The notes beneath the pieces are model-generated. The model was not told the origin of the DNA and searched no databases. It worked only from the letters and a program-made list of their open reading frames with translations. The translations under genes and the position numbers were made by a program. Below are positions 40,663 through 53,869 of a DNA stretch of 64,000 nt, piece after piece. The stretch spans positions 442,556,001 to 442,620,000 of the forward strand of contig OZ024740.1 of NCBI GenBank assembly GCA_964016885.1, in the 5' to 3' direction. This DNA comes from Eledone cirrhosa. Its lineage: Eukaryota. The number at the start of each line of letters is the position of its first letter. Positions within the stretch are counted from its first letter, which is position 1.

Positions 40663-41451
40663 GTCAATGAGACTGGGGTTATTCTAGATCAGCGATGTCA
40701 GAGGCATCATGGGGGCCGTATCTTGGCGAGAGGGCTCGTATGTTCCGTAAATCCGTAAGAGCATTACTGTATGGACCATTGCTCCTTGTAGAGCCACTCT
40801 AGACGGGTCGGTCTACCTGGGAGGTTCGAGACTAACGGTCACCCGTGGCGCGTCGGCTCCCTGTCAAGATGGCAGCTCCATCATCCGACTATTCTGTGGA
40901 GGGCCAACAATTCGCCTAGAAGAGCCACCAACTGCTTACTAAACCAACTATATATATACTTCTATGTCCCATGTCTGTAACTTCCAGATCAATAACATAT
41001 GTAAAACACATTTCCATGAAATGCTTCTATAGTGTTTGAGTGATATTTTTATGTAAGTTTGTAACAGCTTCCCAATTATTGTAAGAGTTTTATCACTAAA
41101 GACATGTCTCAATGTCTCAGAGAAGAGAAGTACAGTTTATGTCTATTGTTTACTATTGATATACAATTCAGTCTTTAATGTCGTTAATCTATTTGACTAT
41201 GATAATTAACGTTGGAATGAAGGCAACATTTTATCACTTGTTAACAAATTCTTCCAGAAATTCCCTTGATGCTTGTCAGAGATTACTGAAAGGACTATTG
41301 TGCTAAAATATAAGTGATAGCAATTGATGAGATAACATGGAGTTATGTTACATACTTTACAGTAATTAGTTCGATTGTTTAGATTCTGGAGTTGAAGTCG
41401 TGCTATTTTTGGCTTTGTTACATTCTCTGATAAAATTATCACCAATCTTAT

Positions 41452-41809
41452 ATCCTCGGGTCCCAAATAATAAGGAAGGTGGCTGGAATAAGCGTGGGTG
41501 GGGAATAAGCAGGGTTTGGAAAATCGGTAATTTTTCTAGTTTGTCTCCGTTTATTTATTTAAAAACCAGATTTTAGTATTTTAGTTTACATATTGAGACC
41601 CCAACCCATCCGATTTATTTTATAACGTATGAGATTTATTGTAATATACTTTTTAGTCATGTATAATGTTTTTTAACGTATAAAGAAAATTGTCGCCGGT
41701 GATAGATTAGCGGGTGTGGTGGAATAAGAGCGAGGGGGGAGGAGTTGGGAAAAATCTGAAAAATTAATAAGCAGGGGCTGGGGGCAATTATTCGAGATTA
41801 TTCGAGGAA
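41452..41809. mobile_element. Degenerate MITE with AATAAG-GGG sub-terminal repeats
   Basis: TCCTCGGGTCCCAAATAA ... TTATTCGAGATTATTCGAGGA ends; repeated GGAATAAGC/AATAAGCAGGG motifs. Confidence 0.45.
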
Positions 41810-43377
41810 ATTAAAATATCCGAGGATGTTTAGTAACAAAACATCATTATCTTCGAACAAAAGAGATATTTATTTTATCATCTTTTGTAATAAACAATAC
41901 TATATATTAGAGTATAATTTATTCACTTCCCATATCTTCATATGATCCCCGCTTTTCTCAATGGGTTATGAAATCGTATTATATACCTAATTATTGTTTA
42001 ATCATTCTAATGAATCAATGACACGAGGCAAATGGTTCGAGTGTCGCTATGTTCTTATAGGAATCAGGTTTAATTTATCAGTTATAAATAGGAAGATCTT
42101 ATCAGTAATTCTATGCCCATTACTTCCATTATTTTAAAAGCATTTTCTTTTTAAAATCTAAAAGAAATAATTTATTTGCTTAAACGCAATAATATCTAAT
42201 AGGCATAACGTAAGCAGCATTATCTCAAATGTTTGGAAATCTTATCATTCTAAAAGGCTAAAAATATAGAAAACATTACATAATGATAATATTAACAATG
42301 TAAAAATATTTCTTTTATAATTCACGAATTAATAGCAGCTGTTGTGGGAAAACAATTCCAAGTTTAAGATGAAATTAGATCTTTAAAAAATGTACAAGAA
42401 TGAACGAAATAAACATAATATAATGCTTAAAATAAAAGGATTTCTTCTTAGTAAAATTGCTGATATATGGCGTTCTGATTAAATAAAACTAATGACATTT
42501 GCAGCAGCAACCGTATATGTCTTATTAAGTAAAATAACATGAAGAGTTTCCCCAAGGGAGAGAAACGAATAACTGACATTCTGCTTTTATGACTGAAGAT
42601 ATACACTTCCAGCAGGGTAGAGTTTATGACTAAAGATATATAACTCCAGCAGAGCAGGGTTTAAAGCCAAATATATTAAAAACAGTAATTTTAAAGTTGT
42701 TATGATAAAGAACGCGTTATGTTTCTTTTGATAAATAGTTTTTCAGTTTGATTTAACTCTTTGTGAGGAGTAAAGTAACTCATTTATACAACTTTTTATT
42801 TCCTTCTCTATTTTTTACTTGTGTTCGTTATTAATATATTTAGATGGGTGTGTGCGCGCCTATTTTATTCAAATTTTTTTTATGTTAGAATAACAAAGAA
42901 AAGATTTCTAAAAATAGATATATATTTATCGTATGATATTTCTACATAATAAACATGAAAATTATGTCACAACATTGGAGAAAATCTAACAAGTCAGTTT
43001 GACTTATACAATCAACTATTCCAAGATTCTAAGATGGTTAAACGGTAACTGAATGGGCTTCATTTGGGTATTTTATTTAATCGGTCACAAAGAGAGTAAA
43101 GACAAAAGTTATCCCTTTCTTTATAACTTAATCAGTGAAGGTAGGGGCGAAATAGTAGTGAGTAGGGAGAAAGATATTCTTAAACCTATCCCTTGTAACA
43201 GAACGTCTCCGCTAATGACACAGAACGGCCAGGTGATGTTGATAAACTGGGTAATGGATAATGTCTCGCACCCTAATAAGTCACTGCAAGATTTAAACTC
43301 AGAACACAAAGAGCCAGAACAAATACTACAAGGCTTCTCATCCGACCCCTCTAACAATTCCAGCAACACCTGTCCCG

Positions 43378-43500
43378 CCTTTCCATGAAAGGATGAGAGA
43401 CAAAGTTAACCGCGGCAGGATTTGAACTCGGAGCAAATGAGATAAAGTGTTTTGTCCCATGCTTCAACAAGTTGGCCGACTCCCCGACTCTCATCTCGCC
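43378..43500 (-). mobile_element. MetaSINE-like fragment
   Basis: AAAGGATGA..GACAAAGTTAACC..GGCAGGATTTGAACTC is the reverse complement of the B box plus core. Confidence 0.65.
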
Positions 43501-43907
43501 TCTTCATTATTTTCATGAGCAGGATTGACACGTGTAGCCAGGTTGAAAGTTGTATCATGACTAGTGGGTGTAAAATCAGAAAGCTGGAATATTATATATA
43601 TATATATATACTATAATTGAATATAAGAGAGAGATAAACACAGATAAAAACATATATGTGGTCAAATCGTAAGGAACCAGGCTCGCTAGGGTGAAAAAAA
43701 TACTAACTATAAACAATAGGGTTTGCCAGACTCAATTTAAAAGAATAAATCAAGAAAATAAATACAAACCGATATGGGGTAACTACCAGACACCCAGACA
43801 GTATACGGCTCGGAAAAATCTCTTTCCTTGAGCTATTTAATTGTAAGAGACTATTTTGAGTTTCTAACTCAATATATACCTTTGATATATACCTTTGATA
43901 TATATAT

Positions 43908-44240
<333 letters not shown>

Positions 44241-44286
44241 CGTAAAATAAGAAAATTATAAAAATTAACTTACTTACTAAAGTTTC

Positions 44287-44369
44287 ACTCCAACTAATTA
44301 GTTTCTGAAAGGGAATAAACATGGTTTCCGAATGGAAAGCATGGAGAAAACCTTTCGTCATCAGGAAGT
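44287..44369 (-). ncRNA. Type I hammerhead ribozyme motif with extended stem II
   Basis: Minus strand ACTTC-CTGATGA-C-GAAAGG-[CATG-C-TTTCC-ATTC-GGAAA-C-CATG]-CCTTTC-A-GAA-ACTAATTAGT-T-GGAGT; stem III is a perfect 10-nt palindrome. Confidence 0.72.
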
Positions 44370-44924
44370 CTGTTCTCAGCTAAGTTACCAGGCGATGCGT
44401 GGATACAGGGAACTTATACAAAAATAATTCAGTGGATGGAAAAAAGCAAGCGTGGACTAAATTCCAAGACATTGAAAAAATCACTGCCTACTTGGTCGGT
44501 GGCAAATTCAAAAGAATCAATCACGTGACATCGAGGTTAATCAGTGAGGAGTGGGTGTTAAAAAGACAGTGGCTGAGCCATTACTATGAACTATAGTAGC
44601 AGTTTTGGCAAATTTTTGCTCAACAAAATAATTTGGAGATAATTATAAAGAATTAGTATATCTACCAACATATATATACAGATGCATACCTATGCTAGCA
44701 AATATATAGGGTTTGTCTTAGTAACTTTGTGGTTCAATGCAAGGGGATGCAGAACAATTATATGACAGACGTAAAATAAGAAAATTATAAAAATTAACTT
44801 ACTTACGCAGTGATTTTTTCAATGTCTTGGAATTTAGTCCACGCTTGCTTTTTTCCATCCACTGAATTATTTTTGTATAAGTTCCCTGTGTCCACGCATC
44901 GCCTGGTAACTTAGCTGAGAGCAG

Positions 44925-45006
44925 ACTTCCTGATGACGAAAGGTTTCTCCATGCTTTCCATTCAGAAACCATGTTTATTCCCTTTCAGAAACTAATTAGT
45001 TGGAGT
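44925..45006 (+). ncRNA. Type I hammerhead ribozyme motif (inverted copy of 44287-44369)
   Basis: Same architecture on the + strand. Confidence 0.72.
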
Positions 45007-45182
45007 GAAACTTTAGTAAGTAAGTTAATTTTTATAATTTTCTTATTTTACGTCTTTCATATAATTGTTCTGCATCCCCTTGCATTGAACCACAAAGTTA
45101 CTAAGACAAAACCTATATATTTGCTAGCATAGGTATGTATCTGTATATATATGTTGGTAGATATACTAATTCTTTATATACA

Positions 45183-45275
<93 letters not shown>

Positions 45276-45313
45276 TAAGTATGTTTTGAAACAGTGAGCG
45301 AATTTGAAATCAG

Positions 45314-45473
45314 AAATATAAGCTATTACCGTATTTTTGACTAAAGACATTTTTAGCCTGATAGTGGGGTTTAGTACGTAAATACTCATCTTTTTCCATT
45401 TCTCTGAGGGTTCTAAACCCCACTATCAGGCTAAAAAAAACATTAGTAAAAAATACGGTGATAGTTTATATTT
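45314..45473. repeat. Inverted repeat (~60-bp arms) between (TA)n tracts
   Basis: AAATATAAGCTATTACCGTATTTTT...TTTTAGCCTGATAGTGGGGTTTAG pairs with CTAAACCCCACTATCAGGCTAAAA...AAAAATACGGTGATAGTTTATATTT. Confidence 0.8.
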
Positions 45474-45489
45474 ATATATATATATATAC

Positions 45490-45640
45490 ATTAGAGATTT
45501 GGGGCGCGTGGGCTGAACTCATGCCGTTTCGACAGCAAATTCCAGGTGGATTTGCTATCGAAACGGCAAGAACCCAGCCGTCGAGTCACTAATCTCTAAT
45601 ATATTTACACTCTACTTTCCCAAGTATTGAGTACTTTCCT
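45490..45640 (+). mobile_element. Second palindromic HHR-3'-half element
   Basis: ATTAGAGATT...GCCGTTTCGACAGCAAAT / ATTTGCTATC-GAA-ACGGC-AAGAACCCA-GCCGT-C-GAGT...AATCTCTAAT; tail homologous to 43952-43988. Confidence 0.65.
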
Positions 45641-45675
45641 GAATAATGGTCTTACTAATTTAAAACTGGTAAAAT

Positions 45676-45791
<116 letters not shown>

Positions 45792-45837
45792 CAAAATATT
45801 AACAAATGAAAAATATTCTCATAATCAAAATATATAC

Positions 45838-45897
45838 TTTATTATATATATTTCAAAGGTACTGTGATGTTTTTTCAGTACGTCCTCATCAGACAAA
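45838..45897 (-). ncRNA. Type I hammerhead ribozyme at the PLE 3' end
   Basis: Minus strand TTTGT-CTGATGA-GGAC-GTACTG-loop-CAGTAC-CTTT-GAA-ATATATAT-A-ATAAA: stem I TTTGT/ATAAA, palindromic stem III, AUA triplet. Same strand as the PLE ORF. Confidence 0.7.
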
Positions 45898-46596
45898 TTA
45901 TATGATTTGATATATGACATACGGCTACGATCTTGATTATTCAATTCCAGTATTGGCAGTGATTTATTTCATCAAATCTCAACGTTTATATACCACAAAT
46001 AATATGATAAACTTACAGAAGAGAAGGACGTAGAGCAAATTAGAGATATGAGAGAGGGTGTAAAGAAAAGAAAAGGCAATAAATAAATAAATAAATACAT
46101 ACATAAATAGATAAATGAATAAAAAATAAATAAATGGATGAATGAATAAAAGAAATATATAAAAAAAATAAAAGAGGAATAACGACAAAAGAGAGGGAAG
46201 GTGTGGGGAAAGTAAAGGGAACGAAGGGGAGTAAAGAAAAATAAAGAAAAATAAAGAAAAATAAAGGAACATCAAATAGAGGGGGATAGAGAAAAAAACC
46301 ATTGTTTTTAAATGTTAGATCAAATAGGACATCAAATCAATTCACATAAACAATTGAATATCTCTTGTATTTGATTATGTTTTAGTTAATTATATATATT
46401 AAATCAAAATTAATCACTATAGATTATTTTCTATAGCAATCACATATTTAGTTTAATTAAGAATTTATATAATTTAATTTAACTCATTATAGATTATTAT
46501 TTTTAATTTTAAGGTAAGATATTCTATAAATATTTTGTCACAACTTTAAAAGAATTAATCTTTAAAGCGTATTTAAATAATTATTATTATTAAATA

Positions 46597-46780
46597 TGGC
46601 AGTATCGGTAGAGAGTCGGACACCATGCTTTGAAGTATAGAGTTACGTCCCTTTATGATCTCAGTTCAAATCCCGCCGAGGTTAACTTTGCCTTTCATCC
46701 TTACGGGGTCGATAAAATAATGTACCAGTAATACACTGGAATAATTGCTGGCCTTGTGCCAAAAGTAGAAACAATTATTA
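46597..46780 (+). mobile_element. MetaSINE-like SINE inserted in the PLE 3' region
   Basis: TGGCAGTATCGG A box, CAGTTCAAATCC B box, Meta-like core; interrupts AT-rich PLE sequence. Confidence 0.87.
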
Positions 46781-47369
46781 AATATGTATTAAAATATAAT
46801 ACCATGCATATATCACCATCAATACATATAATATATTTAGATCATTTATTACCCAAATTATTTAATTTAATTAGGATATTCTCTTTATAAAATCTTTACT
46901 ATTCTTTAATTTTCATTTAATTCCTAGGATTAAACTGCAGTTATATTTACTCTCAAAAGTTTTATTTCATTAATTTAATGAAAGGTTATATTTACTTCTG
47001 TATTTACTTATTTTGATATATAGTTTCCTTTTAATGATAGTCTTATATTATTAATCTACATATTTCATATCTAATATAATTTAGCAAGCTAGTCAAAAAG
47101 AAAATAAATTTTTACAGACAATGTAAACAAAAGGAAAATAACTCATTCACCATATACAAACATTTAAAACTTATCTCTACTCTCACGTCCAGCTATATTT
47201 CAAAACCATAAAATCATCTATTGTCTAGTTAAATATTGAACTGTCCTAATCTAAACATAGGATAACGAGACTCTTAATGAAATCATTCTAATACATATAA
47301 ATATCAATGAATTATTATCACAAAAAGGCAAAACTTATATATATATTTAAATTATTAATTGTCAATATT

Positions 47370-49241
47370 TTTTCGAAACTTGTACATTGCCTGGAAAGTT
47401 TTATCAATTTTATGGTGACAACTACTAAATAATTCATTTTTTGTTGTTGTTGATTAAATTGTCATAATTTGTAAATATCTGTAGTGTCTCAGGATTACAA
47501 AGACTGCAATTTTGTGAAATATTTGAGTTCTGATAGGAATTAGCAATCTTCAATTTTGTCCAAGAGATGGAGTATTTAAAATTATTGTCCTTTAAAGACC
47601 ATATTAATTGTGAAAGTGAAGTTGAAAATGTCTTATCTGGTTTACTGAAAGAGTGTCTATGATGATACCAACCTTCCTTAAATTTAGATGAAGTGGCACT
47701 AATGTAGTTATATATATTATTATTTGTCTTAATGGTACATTTATATACTAGATTCTTGTCAAGGCAATTATTTTGTAAAGAACATTCGGACTTCTTTCTA
47801 CAATTACATTTCTTCTCGATGTTATTTACAGACCTTAAACTATTCACATTATTATTTACAGGTGTTCTACTATTATTAGTATTTAAATTATTATTGTTAT
47901 TCCAGTTAACTAATGTATTGTTATTATTATTGTTATATTGCTCTAATTATATGTTGGTTCAAATTAAGATTTTTACTATTTATTTTTGCTATATTTTGAG
48001 CAATATTCATAGTTGTTGAATAAGAAAGTTTAACTGTGTGTGTCTATTGAAGATAGAGTAATATTTATGTGATCTAGGGAAGCATTTATCCAAATCTTTA
48101 AAAAATAAATGTGCTACAGGTGTTTTAATAGTTAAAGATGCTAGCGGAGCATACCAAATTATAGATCTAGTTTTTATTTTTTCCCCCGATTTATTCATCA
48201 GGTTGTTTTTATATTCATTTTTATTATGATTACTGTGAATTTTTCTATATACTCAATATTATTGTTATATCCAGCTTTATGTAACGCTTCATTATAATAT
48301 ACAGCCTTACTATTAAATATGGATCTAAGAGCAGATAGCCTGAATATTCGTTGTTGTACACTGTTGACTATTGCATTCTTAATACTTTTAGGATAATTAG
48401 AATAAAAACTAACATAATTTAAGTTCTCATTGACTTTATGGAAAGGATAATAAAGGCCTGAGTTCAAATTTAGAGTCACATCTAAAAAATTAACTATTTT
48501 ATTATTATTTTCTACTTCTAATTTCAGGTCGTAAGTTTTAAAAAATTCTATAATTACTTTCTTTACTCTATTTACTTCGCTATTATTATGTTTTTCTACA
48601 ATAAATAGTATGTTGTCTCTATATAAACCCCCGGTAATCTTCGGCATTTTTCTATTTATCATGTTAAGGATAAAAATGCCCACAAGATCCGTAACTTGCG
48701 CCAAATCAGACGAACCCATTGTAATGTCAACATTCTTCTGTCTATCCGATCTAGTCCAAAGATCATTATTAAAATCAATCAAAGTTCGCCTTGCTGTTAA
48801 TATAATATTTATCTCATCACTAGGTAGGTCCGTGTGTTTATATGCATATGGTAGCGCCTTATTTAATAGATTAGGAGTTATCGAGGAATAATAACTCGCT
48901 ATATCCATTTGAATGAACCAATCTATGACTTCATTAGTGCCCTTCCATAGATTTAGCCATGACCTCAATTTAAGTGTCGGTAAAATCCAATCTATTATAT
49001 TTTTACTAATTATTCTAAGATCTGATTTAGAAGGTGCTATAAGTCTAACTGGTAAGTGCTCTTCGAAATTTCTTTTATGGTCTTTAAAATTTATCCGCGG
49101 TTGCTTTGGTATGAAAGGTTCAGTTTTCCGGTCTATTCCAAGATTGGTGATAATTTTTAATGCATCATTATTAATATCCAATAAATCCTCACTTGGGGCC
49201 TTTTTATAATTTTTCCTCAATTCTTTTAAAATTAAGTCGTT
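47370..49241 (-). pseudogene. PLE reverse transcriptase-GIY-YIG endonuclease ORF, frameshifted
   Basis: RLIAPSKSDL, LNLWK..EVIDWF, MDIASYYSSI, DITMGS.D.A....LVG, GLYRDN (YRDD mutated), NFLDVTLNL, IIWY.P, CNCRKKSEC (CxCx5C), VYKC..YIS (GIY-YIG), CSLC, ELFSSCHH. At least three frameshifts. Confidence 0.92.
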
Positions 49242-49254
49242 ATATATATATATA

Positions 49255-49808
49255 TATATGAAAAACAAGGGGAAGAAGAATACTGTATGGTTGCACATGG
49301 ATTACATATTATAAAATCAGTCCCTCATCAGTAATTTTGCCAACCATCATTGGTATTTCATCGCATTAAAAATCAGATACCTCAGGTTGGTGCGAGCAAT
49401 AACTAAAATAAGCTATTGGGACAAGTGAAACGCGTAAAGCGAGTGAGACAAGTAAACAACAGAAGGAAAAGCAAACCGAAGGTTGGAAAACAGCAAGCCA
49501 CATGGTAGTTATCCGATCAGCATAAGCTGGGGGAATTTCATGAGCGGTCAGAGAAGCAGACTGTACGCCGTGAGTGCGGTGTGAGAAAGAAGGAACCCCA
49601 CTACCAGCGAACGGGAGGAAGTGAGAAGGGGTGAAACAGAGAGTGAGTGAGTGGAAGTGCGAGGAAGAGGTCAGTCGAGAGAAAAAGTGTAACTGACAGA
49701 GAGGGTGAAAGAAGGTAAGAGAAACAGAGAGAATGGGGGAGCAGTAAGAGAGAAAGAGAGAAACAGATAATCGCAGTTTAGGTAAATATATATGAAAAAC
49801 AAGGGGAA
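49255..49808 (-). mobile_element. ~534-bp non-coding element with terminal direct repeat in (TA)n, PLE/retrozyme-like
   Basis: ATATATGAAAAACAAGGGGAA at ~49255 and ~49789. Decayed minus-strand ATTA-CTGATGA-GGGA core at ~49320-49335. Confidence 0.5.
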
Positions 49809-50077
49809 ATATATATATATATATATATATATGAATTAAATATATGGATTAAATATAAAAAAATATATATATGAATTCAAACTGCAGAAGAAATAGTTGA
49901 AACTACTGTCGTACATTTGATGTAGTTGTTACACAATTCTTTAACATCACAGCAATAAACAAACCAATAAACAACACAATGATTGTTATGAATGACTTAT
50001 ACTGAAGATAACGATTAGTCATGATTCAGTCTCACTTTATAATACCGTCTGTCTACCATAGTATTCACGGAAGCAAC

Positions 50078-50400
50078 ATTCTTCTTCTTCTTCTTCTTCT
50101 TCTTCTTCTTCTTCTTCTTCTTCTTCTTCTTCTTCTTCTTCTTCTTCTTCTTCTTCTTCTTCTTCTTCTTCTTCTTCTTCTTCTTCTTCTTCTTCTTCTT
50201 CTTCTTCTTCTTCTTCTTCTTCTTCACCACTGCCCTCTATCACTGGTGGTCCCATGCCAGGCCCTCTACATCCTCCAAGGTGATGTCAATCCTCTGAAGA
50301 TCTTCCTTAATCCCATCCATCCCTCTAGTGCGAGGCCTGCCACGGGGTCTATTTCAGCCTGTAGCTGCCGTGTCTATTTAAAGTAAGGGACTGATATGAT
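50078..50400 (-). mobile_element. RTE-clade LINE 3' end with (GAA)n tail
   Basis: Minus-strand translation NRPRGRPRTRGMDGIKEDLQRIDITLEDVEGLAWD matches the RTE C-terminal RPRGRP..RW.D motif, followed by (GAA)n at 50078-50225. Confidence 0.8.
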
Positions 50401-50525
50401 GACTGTGTCTTTTGAGAGTAAGGCCCTGGTGTGATGACCTACGTAAACTATGTATTTCTATCTGGTTTACTAGACTAATAAACAGCTCAGCGTATTGGGT
50501 AGAGTGATACCATTGTGTCGATTGC

Positions 50526-51045
50526 GTGATAACAATAACCAGACTTTTAATTGTGATAACAATAAAAAATCTGGTTATTGTTATCACAATTAAAAGTCTG
50601 GTTATTGTTATCACAATTAAAAGTCTGGTTATTGTTATCACAATTAAAAGTCTGGTTATTGTTATCACAATTAAACATCTGGTGATAGCAATAACCAGAT
50701 TTTTAATTGTCTGGTGATTTTTAATTGTCTGGTGATAACAATAACCATATTTTTACAATAACCATAACCATATTTTTACAATAACAATAACCATATTTTT
50801 AATTGTGATAACAATAGCCATATTTTTAATTGTGATAACAATAACCAGATTTTTAATTGTGATAATAATAACCAGACTTTTAATTGTGATAACAATAACC
50901 AAATTTTTAATTGTGAAAACAATAACCAGACTTTTAATTGCGATAACAATAACCAGACTTTTAATTGTGATAACAATAACCAGACTTTTAATTGTGATAA
51001 CAATAACCAGACTTTCAATTGATAACAATAACCAGATTTTTAATC
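50526..51045. repeat. 27-bp minisatellite TGTGATAACAATAACCAGACTTTTAAT with an internal inversion
   Basis: Forward 50526-50564, reverse ~50565-50683, forward to 51045. Confidence 0.92.
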
Positions 51046-52315
51046 GTGTATCTATCAACGCTCTTAAACCGGAAATGAAAAATACCAAAAAATATTTTAC
51101 TTGTCTTCAGAATCTCGTTTTTGTTTCTCTTTGGGGAAACGTAAAGCAATTAATACACCGTCCAATCACACGGAACAGTTCATTTGCTTTTCATCTTTGT
51201 TTCTTCTCCCTCAAACCATTCTCTTTGATACACCTATTGGGATTTTAGATGTACATAAATGGACTTAGCTCTATAAAAATATATAATATTCAATTAGGCA
51301 TTAAGTTCAGACTTTTTACAGACGGTTTTACAGAAATAAATTTCTAAATTTATCACAAAATCTAAGAAGATCATAATTATTACGACTCGTTGATTTCTTC
51401 TGTAACAACTGAACACTTTACTAGGGGAACTGCTTCAGAATAAGAAATCTGGTTTGTATCAATATGTGAGCTGAGAGTTAAACTGAGATGAGAGTAGCTT
51501 TCAGAAACAAACAAAAAATGTTTGTAAAATGTAAAAGTAAATATTGATTCCTTACCAGAGTAAGTGAGAGAGAAGACAACACAGTTCACTGAATCACCAC
51601 CCGTTATATTATAAGTACTTTATTTTATTGGTTAAAATATATCAAACCCTCTGAGCTTTGGACTTAGATGTATGAAAATGAATTTTTTGAGACATTTAGT
51701 AGGATGCACTAATGTTTGTAAAGTAGGGCACTCAATGGACCTGCGTCAGCATCAACGATGAGTGTTCCAGATGTTCAATCGACAAAATGGTATGCTTATG
51801 AAAATTAGTTGTTAACAAACACATGTTCTCTTAATGTAATTCTCGGGATTATTCAACGGTATACAGTATATAGGACAAGACCGGCCCTTTATTTCACAGC
51901 TACAATTCATAAAATGAGCTTCATCACAGATTCCCGCCACATAATTTCATTCACAAGATTTGGCCGGATCCGAGGTTATCGTAAAAGGCACCTGCATATG
52001 TTTCATGTAGTGGGATCGAAACCGGAATCTCATGATGGGAAGTGAACCACTTTTCCATATCACCATGTTACTTTATGATGTAAATAGGAATCTCAGTAAA
52101 ACTAGATAAATATATTTTTATGGCAGCGAATGGTCACAGTCATTATAATGGTGGAGAAATGATTTGCGGTATTCGTTCCAGCTCTCAACCTTCCAGTTAA
52201 AAAAGTACCAGTCATGTATTAGGGACGATTCTTTCTCTATATTCCTTCTTTATTCCTTCCTTCTCGTTCTCTTAATGAAATCGGTTGTGTTCAGACCAAA
52301 GAGGAGAGATTGTGT

Positions 52316-53340
52316 CACACAATCCTACACTCCACTAGTTACTAGTTAGTCGTTTAGTAACATTAGTATAACACAATCCTACACTCCACTAGTTACTAGT
52401 TAGTCGTTTAGTAACATTAGTATAACACAGTCCTAAACTCCACTGGTTACTACTAGTTAGTCGTTTAGTAACATTAGTATAACACAGTCCTACACTCCCC
52501 TAGTTACTACTAGTTAGTCGTTTAGTAACATTAGTATAACACAGTCCTACACTCCACTAGTTACTACTAGTTAGTCGTTTAGTAACATTAGTATAACACA
52601 GTCCTAAACTCTACTAGTTACTACTAGTTAGTCGTTTAGTAACATTAGTATAACACAGTCCTAAACTCTACTAGTTACTGCTAGTTAGTCGTTTAGTAAC
52701 ATTAGTATAACACGGTCCTACACTCCCCTAGTTACTAGTTAGTCGTTTAGTAACATTAGTATAACACAGTCCTACACTCCCCTAGTTACTAGTTAGTCGT
52801 TTAGTAACATTAGTATAACACGGTCCTACACTCCCCTAGTTACTAGTTGGTCGTTTAGTAACATTAGTATAACACAGTCCTACACTCCCCTAGTTACTAG
52901 TTAGTCGTTTAGTAACATTAGTATAACACAGTCTTACTCCACTAGTTACTAGTTAGTCGTTTAGTAACATTAGTATAACACAGTCCTACACTCCCCTAGT
53001 TACTAGTTAGTCCTTTAGTAACATTAGTATAACACAGTCCTACACTCCCATAGATACTAGAGTAATCGTTTAGTAACATTAGTATAACACAGTCCTACAC
53101 TCTACTAGTTACTACTAGTTAGTCGTTTAGTAACATTAGTATAACACGGTCCTACTCTCCCCTAGTTACTACTAGTTAGTTGGTCTGTCCCAATTACTGT
53201 GACACAGTCCTACATGTTACCAGTTACTAGTTAGTTGTTCAGTCACAACTAGTGTAACACAGTCATACAATACTAGTTATTAGTAGTTCAGTAACAATTA
53301 GTGTGATACAGTTCTACAGTATACTAGTTACTAGTTAGAA
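52316..53340 (+). repeat. 54/57-bp minisatellite ACACAGTCCTACACTCCACTAGTTACT(ACT)AGTTAGTCGTTTAGTAACATTAGTATA
   Basis: Period 54 (AATCCT at 52321 and 52375); 57 with the ACT insertion; decays after ~53180. Confidence 0.95.
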
Positions 53341-53661
53341 GCTAAGTAATATTTATATAATTTATTAAACTCTCAGATAGTCTAGTTAATACAGTTAGTA
53401 CTACCAAAGAATTAGTTAGTTTTTAGTATTGTAAGTTATGTTAATGACATAATTTTACAATCCTACTAGCTATGTTAGTATAGTACTACATGGTGGTATA
53501 GTTTACCGTCATCACTGTAAATTATATTTCGAAAATTATCAATTCTATGAAAAATATTGATTTTACTACAATATAATTAATTGAACTGAATTAATTTTGC
53601 TGATAATTATTCATAAAATGTTTACTAGTAGTTTCTCAGTTTCAGGACGATATCTCATTAC

Positions 53662-53869
53662 CGTGTTATAGTACCCCGGGGAGAATATATTACAATGGTT
53701 TCAGGTGTCTTCTCCATGTATGAATAACTGCAAAGATAATTCCAGGTAGAGATACCAATGATAGGAGCTTTTAAATGGTCGCTCAACTTGCAAGAAATAG
53801 CAGCAGCTAACAGTTCTCGAACTCCATCATAAATCCATACAAATGACTGATACAATAGATAAAGTAAGT
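53662..53869 (-). CDS. Candidate exon, possibly receptor extracellular (ANF/LIVBP-like) domain
   Basis: Only one frame open: LLYLLYQSFVWIYDGVRELLAAAISCKLSDHLKAPIIGISTWNYLCSYSYMEKTPETIVIYSPRGTIT. AG acceptor and G|GTAATG donor. Similarity by eye only. Confidence 0.3.

Noticed and set aside
43053-43388. Overlapping 111-aa and 82-aa ORFs
   Set aside because: No recognisable motif or convincing splice signals; the end runs into a SINE.
52316-53180. CRISPR-like regular repeat
   Set aside because: The intervening segments are near-identical, so it is a plain minisatellite.
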